A stretch of DNA of 63,716 nucleotides, counting the filler, from Octopus bimaculoides (Eukaryota), in assembly GCF_001194135.2 (NCBI RefSeq). It is 5 parts of 5 records of this genome, joined end to end, with 100 filler letters (N's around TTAATTAATTAA, not from the genome) between each part and the next. Parts side by side here need not be neighbours in the genome. Positions count along the whole stretch, not along the records: positions 1 to 28,665 come from NC_069002.1; positions 28,766 to 38,983 come from NC_069004.1; 3 more parts are not named here. One strand, written 5' to 3'. How positions within the stretch are numbered: the stretch's first letter is position 1; each line of letters begins with the position of its first letter. Below, piece after piece: positions 23,458-36,908 of this stretch. The notes below the pieces were generated by a model. It saw nothing but the letters and a program-made list of their open reading frames with translations, made no database searches and was not told the DNA's origin. Both the position numbers and the translations under genes were made by a program.

Positions 23458-25106
23458 GTAAAAAAATAACTTCCTCTGTGTTTGCTTTTTTGTTTTTCTC
23501 GTTTTCTCAGTTTTTATTACTTAACAGTATGACTATCGACTATCTGCCACCCCACCCCTCTCTTTTACCGTTTTTCTTCAAATTGATGACAGTACTCCAG
23601 CATGGCCTTACCTGTGATTATTTATACTACTAATAAACTTAAAAAAACAAGAATTACTGAAAGCCATGTTGCCTGCCAAAGTGACAGTTGGGTTTTGCAG
23701 GTCCCAAGACTGTCCGCTAATAATACTTGTCATCTTTCCATTTTTAATGCCGCATTTCATGAAATGCATGAGAAGGGATGCAGTTCATGTGTCTGTCTGT
23801 TTGTCTTGCTCTCTAAATATATATATATCTCTTTGTCTTGCTCTGTCTCTATCTGTTTATATATGTAAAGTTGTGATTCATGGAAGTCTGGTTTACAGCC
23901 ATCACATGTTGTTAAGCCATGGAAGTGCATGCCCACATGTGCATGCAAGCACACACACACACACACCAGGCTTTTGGCCCGGCACCATAATAAGACTCTT
24001 GCCTGTATATGCATGTCATCATCATCATCATCATTTAATGTCCATCTTCCATGTAAATATGTATATACATGTGAAATAATGGAGGGAGCCATACTTAGCT
24101 TTGAAAAAGAAAATTTTTCCCAAAATGTTACTGGAAGTTTGTAAATATTATCGACATGCGAAGACAGTCTAGGCGGGAGTTTCAAACAGCTCCATTGTCA
24201 CAACTCACCATTACTTGAATTAGAAATAATTTTGAAGCAAATGCAACTGTTCAGAATGTCCATAAGAGACGTCCCAGAAGATCGCGAACATCAAAGAATT
24301 CCACAAAGTAAGAAAGGGTACAAGAAACGTATTGCCAGAGCTAAAGGAAGTCTGTGTGGCAAGCAAGTAGTGAGAAGGAAATTTCAAAATTCAGCATCCG
24401 TCGCAATTTGAAGTGCTGTCATTGGTAAAAAGTTACATTCGAAGAATAGTCCGTTCTTTTAATGAAGACAATCTGGATGAAAGAGTAGAGTGTTGGAAGT
24501 GGTACTTGGTAAGATATGTTGAAGATACATGCTTTCCGGTGAAAATTGTTTGTAGTCATGAGACTATGTTTAAATTAAAATGGCTCATATAGCTGCTACA
24601 TTTGCACTTACTGGGGATCAGAGAATCCGCATAGTACAGAGGAATATCAGTCCGATGCAGCTTATCAGCAAAAGGATTAATTGGAACATTCTTTTATTAC
24701 TTTCCATTTTCTTGAACTTCTGCAATGGTCTGTTATGCCAAGCATTCAAGAGGACATTGAAGATATGAACATAGAAGGTATTTTACTGAACTTCTTCATC
24801 CAATCAACCTATCTGACAAAATCCCATCAAGGTAGACCCTTACATGAAGTTGATTTAACAATTTCTTTTGAAGCAATAAAAACTAAAAACCCCACTTACA
24901 TTATTTAGATTAATCTCTTTCTGTTACTGCTCTTTCCACTCTTGCATGAAGATTGAGTTCTTCCACAGCTTGTTAACTTATCTAACACACAAACACACAC
25001 ACACACACAGTGGCTGTCCACTTGTTTTCAGGTATGACCACCTTTTGTGCTAAAAGTATAGATAATACTTCTCTCTCAAAAAACAAAAACACTTTAATTT
25101 AACCAT

Positions 25107-25300
25107 TTAACCATTTACTCTTTCAAATGGAATTCTTATTTTATTCACATTGTCTTGAATTAGTCATCCATTATCTCGTAGCTTCAAGATTTCAGTGTTG
25201 TGATTGTTTATTTTCAGAATGACATTGTAGAATAGGTGAGAGAGGCCAGATCTGGACATTTTGGGCCGGATATGGCTGGGTTTAAATGCTAAGGGGTTAA
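25107..25300. mobile_element. piggyBac-like non-autonomous element (TTAACC...GGTTAA ends)
   Basis: Ends in AATGCTAAGGGGTTAA; similar ends occur at about 21310-21325 and 57100-57115. Confidence 0.4.
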
Positions 25301-25600
25301 GCTTATATTTAAATTATTAATTAAACCACTATTTTAATTTTCCCTTATACACGGTGGGACAGAGAGAATGGACATTTTTTTTGAAAAATTCATAAAATCA
25401 TTAATTTTAGCTGTAAACAAATTTTCGTGCAGAATTGTCGTTATCAGGCTCTTGAAAATCTGAAAGAACTGCACGAAAATTTGTTTACACCTAAAATTAA
25501 TGATTTTATGAATTTTTCAAAAAAAATGTCCATTCTCTCTGTACCACCGTGTATAAGGGAATATTAAAATAGTGGTTTAATTAATAATTTAAATATAAGC
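25301..25600. mobile_element. Foldback MITE with about 130-bp TIRs and a 3-bp TAA TSD (PIF/Harbinger-like)
   Basis: Left arm GCTTATATTTAAATT...TTTTCGTGCAG and right arm CTGCACGAAAA...AATTTAAATATAAGC; TAA at 25298-25300 and 25601-25603. Confidence 0.85.
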
Positions 25601-25649
25601 TAATGAAGTCCATTATATAATTTCTTATTCTTTTGTCATTTATTTAATT

Positions 25650-25684
<35 letters not shown>

Positions 25685-25857
25685 TACACACACACACACT
25701 TTCACATCCGTAGGTTAGATTCCATTGTCTAAGTCCTCTCTGTCAGTCTTTACAAACCTGACATTTGTATGATGATGTTTAACAAGCATTCATTGTTAAT
25801 TAAACTGAAATATAAATTAATTGAACACACTGATAAATAAATAAGCAAACAAAACCA

Positions 25858-25893
<36 letters not shown>

Positions 25894-26725
25894 GTCTGTC
25901 TGTCTGTCTGTTTGTCTCTGCCTCACTTTGTTTCTCTCTCCACTAATCTCCCTGTAATGTCCTAACCATCTCTTTTCTGTCAATCCTCTCTATTTTTCAG
26001 ATCCCCAACACTAACATCGAAACCCTGTAATTGTTGCCTCACAAAACAACAACAAAATATCAAAAAACAACAACAAATAGTTTCAAAAAAAAAAAAAACA
26101 AGGAGCCAACCAAATTCCTGCTCCTAAATTTACTCTACAAAAAAAAACAACAACAAACAAACCAAAAATAACAAAATTTATTTAATCACCAAGCCTACCA
26201 ACCAACCTACCTAACTACCTACCTACCAATCAACCAATTAACCAACCTACGAACCAATCAACCAACCAACCAGCTAATCAAACCTGACAACCAACAGAAA
26301 ACATCACTACGAACTCCATAATGATGTGAAGTTCCGCTTGCTTCTTGTACCCACCCAAAAATACCATCCGCCATCCACCATCTTAGGCAGATTTCCTTTT
26401 CATTTTATTTATTTTTAATTAATTTTTTTATATCGCTTCTTGATTTTTAAGTTTATATGTTTTCATTGCAATTTAATTTAAACTTTATTTATTTATTTAT
26501 TCATTCGTTCATTATTTATCAATATATTCATTCATCCAATCACTCAGTCAATCATTATATATAGATAGATAGATAAATAAAAAACAAAAAAACAATGCAG
26601 AGAGGCAGAGGTTCACTACAGCTGTTTCAAATATGTTTTTTAATGACGATCAAATCAATTAAATCATGCAAAAATCCGTTTTCTTCAGGTGAATTAAAAT
26701 TAAGGATACATACATATATATGAGT

Positions 26726-27125
26726 ACAGGTGTGGCTGTGTGGTAAGAAGCTTACTTCCCAACCATATTTCTCCGGGTTCAGTCCCACTGCAGTGGTATT
26801 GAACCAATGTCTGTGTTAATTATATTGGCATAATAGCTCTCCCTAGACACAACAAAATTTGTTTTAACACACAAATTCACATAAAGAATTTTGGAAACCA
26901 GATATAAAAATGAAAGTAGCTTGCTTACCAACCATATGGTTCTGGGTTCAGTCCCACTGTGTGGCATCTTGGGCAAATGCCTTCTACTATAGTCTCAGGC
27001 TGACCAAAGCCTTGTGAATGGATTTAGTAGGGGAAAACTGAAAGCCCAGAGTTGATTTGTTCAACTAAAATCCCTCAAAGTGGTACTCCAGCATGGCCAC
27101 AGTCAAATGACTGGAACAAGTAAAA
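26726..27125 (+). mobile_element. Composite, decayed SINE family B copies
   Basis: Two head segments plus a tail, with many CpG-to-TpG changes. Confidence 0.65.
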
Positions 27126-27220
27126 AAAATTTAGAAATTTATATTATATATAAATATATATATATTTATATAAAAAGGGGTTTGTATGATTGTGTTTAGA
27201 GGAATATATTATTCAAAGAA

Positions 27221-27522
27221 ATTCCAACTGTCTGTTTTTTATGTTTTATTTATATTCTTATAATATTAATGTAGGATATAGTATATATAGTAAAATGAAA
27301 TGAAGTATTGATTGTCTTACTGAATAAATGAAATATTGAATATCAAATATTAAAGGACTACTATACTTCCTTGCATTTAAGCAATCTTCAAGGTCCCAGG
27401 TTGTGACAGGAATCTTTGAAACATTCCTTATTCAATAAGACAATCAATACCTCATTTCATTTTACTATATATACTATATATTCTATAATATAAATAAAAC
27501 ATAAAAAACAGAGTTGGAATTG
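27221..27522. repeat. AT-rich inverted repeat (about 95-105-bp arms), probable foldback element
   Basis: 27221-27327 is the approximate reverse complement of 27429-27522. Confidence 0.75.
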
Positions 27523-27669
27523 CTTNNNNNNNNNNNNNNNNNNNNNNNNNNNNNNNNNNNNNNNNNNNNNNNNNNNNNNNNNNNNNNNNNNNNNNNNNNN
27601 NNNNNNNNNNNNNNNNNNNNNNNNNNNNNNNNNNNNNNNNNNNNNNNNNNNNNNNNNNNNNNNNNNNNN

Positions 27670-27716
<47 letters not shown>

Positions 27717-28094
27717 TCATCATCGTTGTCATCTTTTAACATCTGTTTTCCATGCTCTCATGGGTTGGAAAATAGATGTTAAACAATGATGATGATGATG
27801 GTATATCCTAAAGGTAGTAAGCCAGTAGAAATTGTTTCAGCAGCAGATATATGGTTTAATAGCATTCCATCTGGCTTTTTACATTCTGTGTTCAAATCCA
27901 GCCAAGGTCGCCTCTGCCTCTCATCCTTTCAGGGATCAATAGAATAAGGGGCCAACACAATTGACTCCCCACCTCCACATCTCAAAATTGCAGGCCTTGT
28001 GCCAAAAGCTGTTACAAATATTTATATCTCTTTGTTGCATAAGTTAAGCTGCAATATATATATATATACGCACCGCATGAAAGTTGTAACTTAC

Positions 28095-28103
28095 CTCAAG
28101 ACG
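28095..28103 (-). other. Candidate 9-nt microexon CGTCTTGAG
   Basis: The minus strand reads tttctgcatcttttgcag|CGTCTTGAG|gtaagt: pyrimidine tract, CAG acceptor, perfect donor and a frame-preserving length. Confidence 0.3.
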
Positions 28104-28288
28104 CTGCAAAAGATGCAGAAATCTGGTTTTTTTTTTTTTACAAGATGTTATGTAAATAAATGTTAGAAATTAATAAATGAAAGTTGTTGTTGTTTAACGT
28201 GTTTGTTGAGTGAATTAATATGAGAACCCATCATAAAATTGCAAACAGTGTGTATGCACGTATATATATATGTGAAGATATATACAGA

Positions 28289-28665
28289 TAGGCGCAGGAG
28301 TGGCTCTGTGGTAAGTAGCTTGCTTACCAGCCACATGGTTCCGGGTTCAGTCCCACTGCGTGGCACTTTGGGTAAGTGTCTTCTACTATAGCCTCGGGCC
28401 GACCAAAGCCTTGTGAGTGGACTTGGTAGACGGAAACTGAAAGAAGCCCGTCGTATATATGTATATATATATATGTGTGTTTGTGTGTCTGTGTTTGTCC
28501 CCCCACCATCGCTTGACAACCGATGCTGGTGTGTTTACGTCCCCGTAACTTAGCGGTTCGGCAAAAAGAGACCGATAGAATAAGTACTAGGCTTACAAAG
28601 AATAAGTCCTGGGGTCGATTTCCTCGACTAAAGGCGGTGCTCCAGCATGGCCGCAGTCAAATGAC
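28289..28665 (+). mobile_element. SINE family B, near-consensus, cut by a gap
   Basis: AGGCGCAGGAGTGGCTCTGTGG head and an intact body. Confidence 0.88.
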
Positions 28666-29513
28666 NNNNNNNNNNNNNNNNNNNNNNNNNNNNNNNNNNN
28701 NNNNNNNNNTTAATTAATTAANNNNNNNNNNNNNNNNNNNNNNNNNNNNNNNNNNNNNNNNNNNNGGGGGGGGGTTGTTTTATTTTCATTTTTAAATTGA
28801 AGTCCATTTCAGTTTTACGACCAACAAACTATAAATCTTTTACTCTCTTGTAACACTGCAGCTTTTTTATTGGTAGTCATTGTTTCTGTTGTTGTTGTTG
28901 TTGTTGCAGAAATGGAGGTGGTGGTGGGAGTGATGGCTATTGTTGTGGAGGTAGTGGTGAGGGTGGTGGTGGTGGTGATTGTTATGGTAGTTAGCGGTAG
29001 CTGTGATGGTGGTCATGGAGGTGGTGAGTGGTGGATATCATAATGGTGGTGGTGGTGGTTGTAGCCTTGAAGTCAGTGCCATGTGGTTGTTTAGTCCTAG
29101 GTCAGCTATCATCAAGCAAACCTCCAGTCAAAAAAATTAAATATTCCAGCCATGCCCATCCCTCCTTTTTCTCTAAACTGATATTGTGTGATTTGAGGGT
29201 GATTCAGCTGTTATTTCTAGCAGACTGAGTGAGCATGCAGAAGCTCCCTCATTGTCTCATAGCTGTTGTTGTTGTGTTTTGCTTTTGTTTCTGTTGGATT
29301 TATTTATTTAACTTTTCTTCTTCTCTTTTCAAAACATAATTATTGCTTTATACAGTGTGTGTGTTTGTGTTTGTGTTAGGGGTGGCATAGGGGTAGATGG
29401 ACATATTGAATTTGTGCCAGGCTTGTGAGAGGATTTATCATCTTTGAAATTGTATTTTAGAGAGCAAGTCTGTCAGGTTTTTGTAGCAATGTAAATTCTT
29501 TACCACTGCAACC

Positions 29514-29545
<32 letters not shown>

Positions 29546-29924
29546 CACTGTACCACCCTATTATCTCTCTCTCTCTTTTGTCCTCCCCTTCTATTTTTGC
29601 CCTCCTCCCTCCTTTTAAAAATGTTTTTCTAATTCCCCATGTTTCTCTTTTCTTCCATTTAACTTAACATTTTTCTCTCTTTCTTTATTTCCATATTTCT
29701 TTCTGTCTTTCTGTCTCCTCACATCTCTCTCTCACTCTCTCTCTCTCTCTCACTCTCTCTCTCACCCTCTCACTCCTCGTTAACCCTCACCAACACCACC
29801 ATTTCTGTATAATTCATTCCACAATGACAAGTCAGTATTTTGTGTCCCCTACCCTACCTCCCACCCCATCCACAACTACAAATATTGAAAAAAAAAAAAA
29901 GACCAAATGAATGGCAGAAAAACG

Positions 29925-30240
29925 GGGTGGGGTGTTTGGTTTTAGAGGTGGAGATCTAGTGATAGGGGTGGGGATTTTGTGATGTGAGGAGGGAGATCTA
30001 GTGTTTGGGGTGTAGGCCTTGTAGAAATCTGGTTTCAGGGCTAAAAGTTTAATGTCAGAGGCAGTATAAGGGGTGGAGATTGTTGATAGGGGTGGAGGAC
30101 TAGTGTTGGGGTGAAAATTTAATGTTAGAGGTGGTATTTTGGTTTTAGAGATGGAACTCTTGTATTCAGGATGAAGATTTGGTGATAGGGGTGGCATTCT
30201 GGTATTAGGGGTGGATTTTGATATCAGTTTAAGAGTCAAA
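29925..30240. repeat. Degenerate GT-rich minisatellite (TAG(A/G)GGTGG motif)
   Basis: Recurrent GATAGGGGTGG / TTAGAGGTGG / TATTAGGGGTGG at roughly 20-35 bp spacing. Confidence 0.55.
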
Positions 30241-31828
30241 AATATAACCACATTTGTCCAGTTCTATTTTTCCGTCAGCAAAGCTGTTAATTTGCTGAGC
30301 ATCGTCACTCGGATACTGACCACCCTCACTGCCACCCAGTCTCTCTTTTGGTAGGGAGACATGCTTGACCTTAGTGATTAAAAAGTGATGTCATATATCT
30401 ATATAGATCAACCCTAATCCAGATGGCTTAGGATAAAAGACGTTCTATTCATGACCATTCCATCTTTTTTGTATGTGGAAGTTTCAGACAATTTTAAAAT
30501 TAATCAAGAATTTGGAAGAATTTTGGAAACTAACTAATTTCATTGTTACCGATTTCAGTGAATTTTGAAAATAACAAAGCATTTACCTGGGGTAGATTAC
30601 TTTTGACAAACCAATTTGAATGATTGATTGACTGATCAATTAATGAAACAATTGATTAGTTAATTGGTTAAATGATTGACCAATTGACTAATAATAATAA
30701 AAGAAGTGAAACAGAAGCAGTGTGTGTGTGTTTATTAGCAAAATGATCCTCCCAAGATTCTACAAAATCTGTTTCAATACACAGGTTCACATCAAGAATC
30801 TTGTAAACAAAATAGAAAAATGAAATATGAATAAAATAATTTTGTCATCATTAAGCTGGTGTGAGAAACGAATTAACATGAAATTTTGATGGAAGTTTTA
30901 ATGTAGATCACTTAAGCACATCAAGTTTGTATCAGCAGAGAATCAGGGAGGTTGGTGTTAAAAGAGTTTTTAAAAAGGTCAGTTTTTGTATCATGGAACT
31001 AGAAGTTGGTCTGAAATAAGTTTGTCTTACAGGGTTTAAAATGGTTTTTGGGGATAGAACTGAAGAAAAGGATTCTGGCATAAACTTTCAGTGGTGGGAA
31101 GTTTCAATTTAAAAATGATAGAAACACTTAAAAACAAAAGGTTTTTGTTTCACAGAACCAGATGTGGTCTCAGGTGGGTTTTATATCAAGAAGGGTTAAA
31201 TCAGATTATCTAAAGTTTATCAGCTTAGATTAGCAGTTGACTTGCAACTTATATAAGCAGTTTGTTGTTATGGGGTAAAAAGAAAAAATTCAGTAACAAG
31301 ATCTGAGATATTTTCGATAAGTAAATGGAATTAAATCACAAATAGATATTCCACAAGATTAAAAAATGAAAGCCATTCTCTGCATTCAATTAGTTATTCA
31401 TTTGGTTTGTTTTTTTCTTTCCTTCTCATCAAAATACCATTCCACAGATGAGTAACATTATATATACATACATGCATACATATATATATATATANNNNNN
31501 NNNNACGTAGAGAGATACGCATGTATATATTAATAAATACTTCCATGTGTACATGCTCACAATGCTAAATATGCCTGTTCCTAAAATATCCTGGCATCAC
31601 CACTGTCCGGTTAATATTTGCTTCATAACTCTGGTAGTTTGGGATTTTGTCCTAGAATATGGTACCTTGAGTAAGTGAGTGGGTTTCCATTTGCCAAATC
31701 CACTCACAAGGCCTCGGTTAGCCTGGGGTTATAGTAGAAGACACTTGCCCAAAGTGCCATGCAGTGGGACTGAATCCGAGACCATGTGGTTGGGAAGCAA
31801 GCTTCTTACTACAAAGACATGCCTGCAC

Positions 31829-31867
<39 letters not shown>

Positions 31868-32332
31868 GAGAGGCGACATTTGAGCTGAGCAGAGTGCTGT
31901 AGCTTGTCCTGCCAAACCATCCAGCTGATGCCAGTTTGAAAAAATGTTAAATGATGATGATGCTATACACCCATGCATACATACTACAGCCTCCCCACAC
32001 ACCCACACTCGCACACATACAACAGATTCCCAGACACTCCATTCACAAGGTTTCACCTGAGACTGTAGTGAGAGGCCCCTTCTTTCCAATGTGCCCTACT
32101 GTGGGACTGAACCCACAACTCTGTAGTTTAACCACACAACCATGCTTTGCTTCTGACCTTCATTAAAATTTGAACCTAGTAAATTTACTGTTCTACTCTC
32201 ACTCACTCTTTCACTCAACTCTTTCACTCAACCCTTTCACTCAAGTCATTCACAGTCTTTCGCTCTTCTAGTTTATTAGTCCTGAATATAAAACTTAATT
32301 TTTACACACACACATATACATATATATATATA

Positions 32333-32374
<42 letters not shown>

Positions 32375-32889
32375 CACTCTCCTTCCCCATTCTCCCTCCT
32401 CTCTCTCCCTCTTGACTGTCTGCAACTGTTTTTGGTACTTTAGTATGAAGAGTGTTTATCAGTAAATCAAGTTTGGTGGTAGGTAGTTTTATTGTCCGTC
32501 TTGTTANNNNNNNNNNNNNNNNNNNNNNNNNNNNNNNNNNNNNNNNNNNNNNNNNNNNNNNNNNNNNNNNNNNNNNNNNNNNNNNNNNNNNNNNNNNNNN
32601 NNNNNNNNNNNNNNNNNNNNNNNNNNNNNNNNNNNNNNNNNNNNNNNNNNNNNNNNNNNNNNNNNNNNNNNNNNNNNNNNNNNNNNNNNNNNNNNNNNNN
32701 NNNNNNNNNNNNNNNNNNNNNNNNNNNNNNNNNNNNNNNNNNNNNNNNNNNNNNNNNNNNNNNNNNNNNNNNNNNNNNNNNNNNNNNNNNNNNNNNNNNN
32801 NNNNNNNNNNNNNNNNNNNNNNNNTATATATATATATATATATGTATACATTCATACACACCCACATATACATACATATGTGTAAGTCT

Positions 32890-32921
<32 letters not shown>

Positions 32922-33004
32922 ATCTTTCTCTACTTTTACGTATTTCTTATATTTTCTCTCTCCCTCTCTCTCTCTCTCCTTCTCTCTCTCCCTCTCTCTC
33001 CCTC

Positions 33005-33035
<31 letters not shown>

Positions 33036-34363
33036 CACTCACTCCTGTAATGTCTGTCTGTCAGTCTCTTTCTGTTATCAATATTTATAACTTCCACAGA
33101 AAAAAAAAACTAATGTTACTGTTTCTTTTTGTTGTTGTTGTTTGTAATATAATTTACAGTAACCATAGCAACCATAAATAGTTGGTCCTACCATTATAAT
33201 TTCTACTTCACTTTTCCTCTTGTGACTTTAATTAACTTTGCTTTTTATGTATTCATTGCCTCATTTTATATATATTTTCTTTTTGCTTTTAATTGTTTTT
33301 ATTCTTCATTTTTAGTATTAACAAAACAATATAAAATTTGTGAAAAACAAAAAAGCAAACAAAAACGCAGAAAATATACTAAATCAACATTGAATACCAA
33401 TTAAAATAATAAGTGTTTCACAAATAAGGTACAACACCATAAATGTGCGAGGAAACGATTTGTTGTGATTAGATTAATCCGTCATTAACTGGTGTTTTAT
33501 TTTATCAACCTATGTCCTGATAGGGGCAAGCAGGGACATGGTCCGGAGGCCACCAAGAATGCCAGGGGTCTCAACTGGCACACGTTGTGACTCCTTGTCC
33601 AGTGGCAACTTTGTGTTGTCAGCAACCTGTCCATTTTATTTGAAAGTATAATGGAAGGTTTTGATTTGCATCATTTTAAAACAACAAGTTTTTATCATGG
33701 TACCTGGGGGTAATCTGTGTGGATTAGTATCAAAAGGATTAATGTTATCCCCTGGAAGAATCTTTGTCAGACATTGACAAGACTGATAATTTGATTTCAG
33801 GTACAATCTGTCTTGTATGAGTGGCTGAGTATTCCTCAGAGACCTTTACTATTAATGTAATCGATGGGTGGAATCAGTGTGATATACTGAGTGAGAAAGT
33901 TTGGGGTCTTTGACTCATAAGTACAGGCAGGCTTCCTCACAGTTTCTGTCTGCCTAATTTCACTCTGAGGTCAGCTGCTGATTATAGACTTGAACCCGAA
34001 TCCAGGACCCTTTAATTATGGAGTGGACCTCTTAAATTTTTTCCCTGTTTGGTCCTGTCCTCATAAATGCTCCCATACAAACACACACACACACACACAC
34101 ACATGTACATGGTCTGTATGTACGTATGTGTGTATGCCTGCATACATGTATTTATGTATGAATGTATGCATGCACGTATGAATGTATATATGTATGTGTG
34201 TACATGTGTGCATGTATCCTTACATTCACACATACATACATACACATATATATATACGCTTGCNNNNNNNNNNNNNNNNNNNNNNNNNNNNNNNNNNNNN
34301 NNNACACACACACACATACTCACTCTCAGCGTAAGTATTTCTTGCATGTTAGTGAAATGCTAA

Positions 34364-34396
<33 letters not shown>

Positions 34397-34634
34397 CGTA
34401 TACCATCATCATCATCATCATCATCATTTAATGTTCATTTTCCATGCAAGAATGCACACACACAACGTATACCTAACACACATACACATATACACGCATA
34501 CAAATACACATGTTCATTAATTTCCACATGTTTTGTTTGTGATTCATAATTGAAACATCTCTCACACGCTTACATACACGCTCACACACATGCACAGGCA
34601 CATAAACTCACACACACGCATGTACACAGCTATA

Positions 34635-34668
<34 letters not shown>

Positions 34669-35573
34669 TAGCACAGATATGTGTGCGTGTTGTATATATA
34701 TATATATAGAGAGAGAGAGAGACACACACACAAGCAAACACAAACTTACACAGTCATACAAACGCATCTTCACATACATGCAAAGACACACATACTTACG
34801 TACACTCCCATACGCACATAAACACACACACATCCNNNNNNNNNNNNNNNNNNNNNNNNNNNNNNNNNNNNNNNNNNNNNNNNNNNNNNNNNNNNNNNNN
34901 NNNNNNNNNNNNNNNNNNNNNNNNNNNNNNNNNNNNNNNNNNATTGTCTTTATTAACCTCATTATTATGATTATTATTATTCTTATTAATAATCTATGAA
35001 AGAAATCATAACAATAAGGATTAATAATGATATTATTATCATTATTATCATTATTATTATCATTATTATTATTATTATTATTATTAGTAGTAGTAGTAGT
35101 ATATTTTTATCATTTGTATATCAATTATTTAATCTGGAAGTTTTCAGTTCTTCAACTCCCCCCCCTCCTCCTCCCTTCCCATCATCCATCAGTGTTTTTC
35201 TTCCTTCTTTTATTTTTATTTTTATTTTTTTTCTCTCTCTCTCCAAGAAATCCAGAAGATTCCATCTTTGATAAATCTTTTCTCTGATTTATCCTGACAG
35301 CAAGTGAAGATTAATCTACTTCTCTCCCTGGGTCTTTTTCTTTCAGAGTGTGTGTGTGTGTGTGTACATATGTGTGTAATGTGCTTGTAGTATGTGTACA
35401 TATGTGTGTATACATTGTATATGTCTTTATATTATGTGTGTGTATATATATATGTTTATGTTACGTGTGTATTGTGTCATGTGTGTGTATCACAATTTGT
35501 GGATATGGTGTGTGTTTCTGTATGTGTGAATGTGTATATATGTATTACACGTGTGTGTTGCATGTGTGCATTG

Positions 35574-35608
<35 letters not shown>

Positions 35609-35665
35609 TGTTTGAGTTGTGAATCACTAATAAATAAGTGATACACAGTTGCTAAACATGCGTGT

Positions 35666-35698
<33 letters not shown>

Positions 35699-35828
35699 NN
35701 NNNNNNNNNNNNNNNNNNNNNNNNNNNNNNNNNNNNNNNNNNNNNNNNNNNNNNNNNNNNNNNNNNNNNNNNNNNNNNNNNNNNNNNNNNNNNNNNNNNN
35801 NNNNNNNNNNNNNNNNNNNNNNNNNNNN

Positions 35829-35902
35829 NGGAGGAGGGGATGCGAGGGTGGGGGAAGGAGGAGGGGATGCGAGGGTGGGGGAAGGAGGAGGGGATGCGAG
35901 GG
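35829..35902 (+). repeat. 27-bp G-rich tandem repeat at a gap edge
   Basis: About 2.7 visible copies of a GGAGGAGGGGATGCGAGGGTGGGG-type unit. Confidence 0.8.
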
Positions 35903-36873
35903 CAACAACAACAACAACAACAGCCAACAACAGCAACAGTGATAACATTTAATCCTTCATATTTGGTTATGTAAACGATGAGGAAGAGGAGGAGGAGGAG
36001 GAGGAGAGGATGGCTGGGAGTGTGCTGAGGTCATAGATTGGTGGTGGAGGGGGTGCCAGAGGTGATGGCCACATGGCTATGTCTGTTAGCTCTGCCAGAT
36101 TTATGTTTTCGCTTTGGGTTATATAAATAAAGCAATCATGTGGCTGTGTTGTTATGAGAAGCTTGCCTTCCAACCACATGGTTCTGGGTTCAATCCCACT
36201 TTGGGCAAGTAGATGTCTTCTACTACAGTCTCCTTGCCAACCAAACCCTTGTGAGTGGATTTGGTAGGAGGAAACTGAAAGAAGCCTGTCATATGTGTGT
36301 ATGTCCCTGTGTTTGTCCCCCCACCATTGACAACCAGTGTTGGAGTGTTTATGTTCTCATAACTTTGTGGTTCAGCAAAAAGAAACTGATAAGGCAATGA
36401 TGTGGCATCCATGTGATCATGCACCTTGCTAGAAATAGCAGCCAGTGGAGATAATGGAGTGGAATTGAATATTATCATCATCATCATCATCATCATTCTT
36501 GACCTCATTGATTGACGACAACATCCTCAGCAACCATTGCTCGTCCTGCCAAGGATCAATTCCTGGCTGGCAGAGAACTCTCAGAATCTGAGACAGTGCT
36601 GCAGTGACTACATAAAGAGTCCCTTGGTGCCCAAAATGCCATACCCTGGCTTTGAACCTAGAATCTCTTGTTGCAAAGCAAACTGCTTAACCACTCAACT
36701 ATGTTTATATATGTGGGGAGGGGCAGGGGTGTATAAACCAGTCAGCAGTATTTGCAAATTCTGTGTGCATACACACACACACACACACACACACAGCTGT
36801 TTACATATGCTTGTAATAGAGTAATAGAGATGTATAAACTACTAGGCTATGTTTACAATAATGTGTATGTTTG

Positions 36874-36908
<35 letters not shown>

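Noticed and set aside
26640-26712. Second U12-like signal on the - strand (GTATCCTTAATTTTAATTCAC)
   Set aside because: It abuts a SINE and TA-repeat edge, the following frame stops after about 20 codons, and I saw no partner U12 site.
28710-28721. TTAATTAATTAA islands embedded in N runs (also 39028-39039, 45585-45596 and 55492-55503)
   Set aside because: The identical 12-mer sits in the middle of four gaps. This fits an assembler or scaffolding spacer, not biology.
31648-31680. Small + strand exon with a GTAAGT donor
   Set aside because: GGTACCTTGAGTAAGTG is a decayed SINE CORE motif (GGCACCTTGGGCAAGTG).
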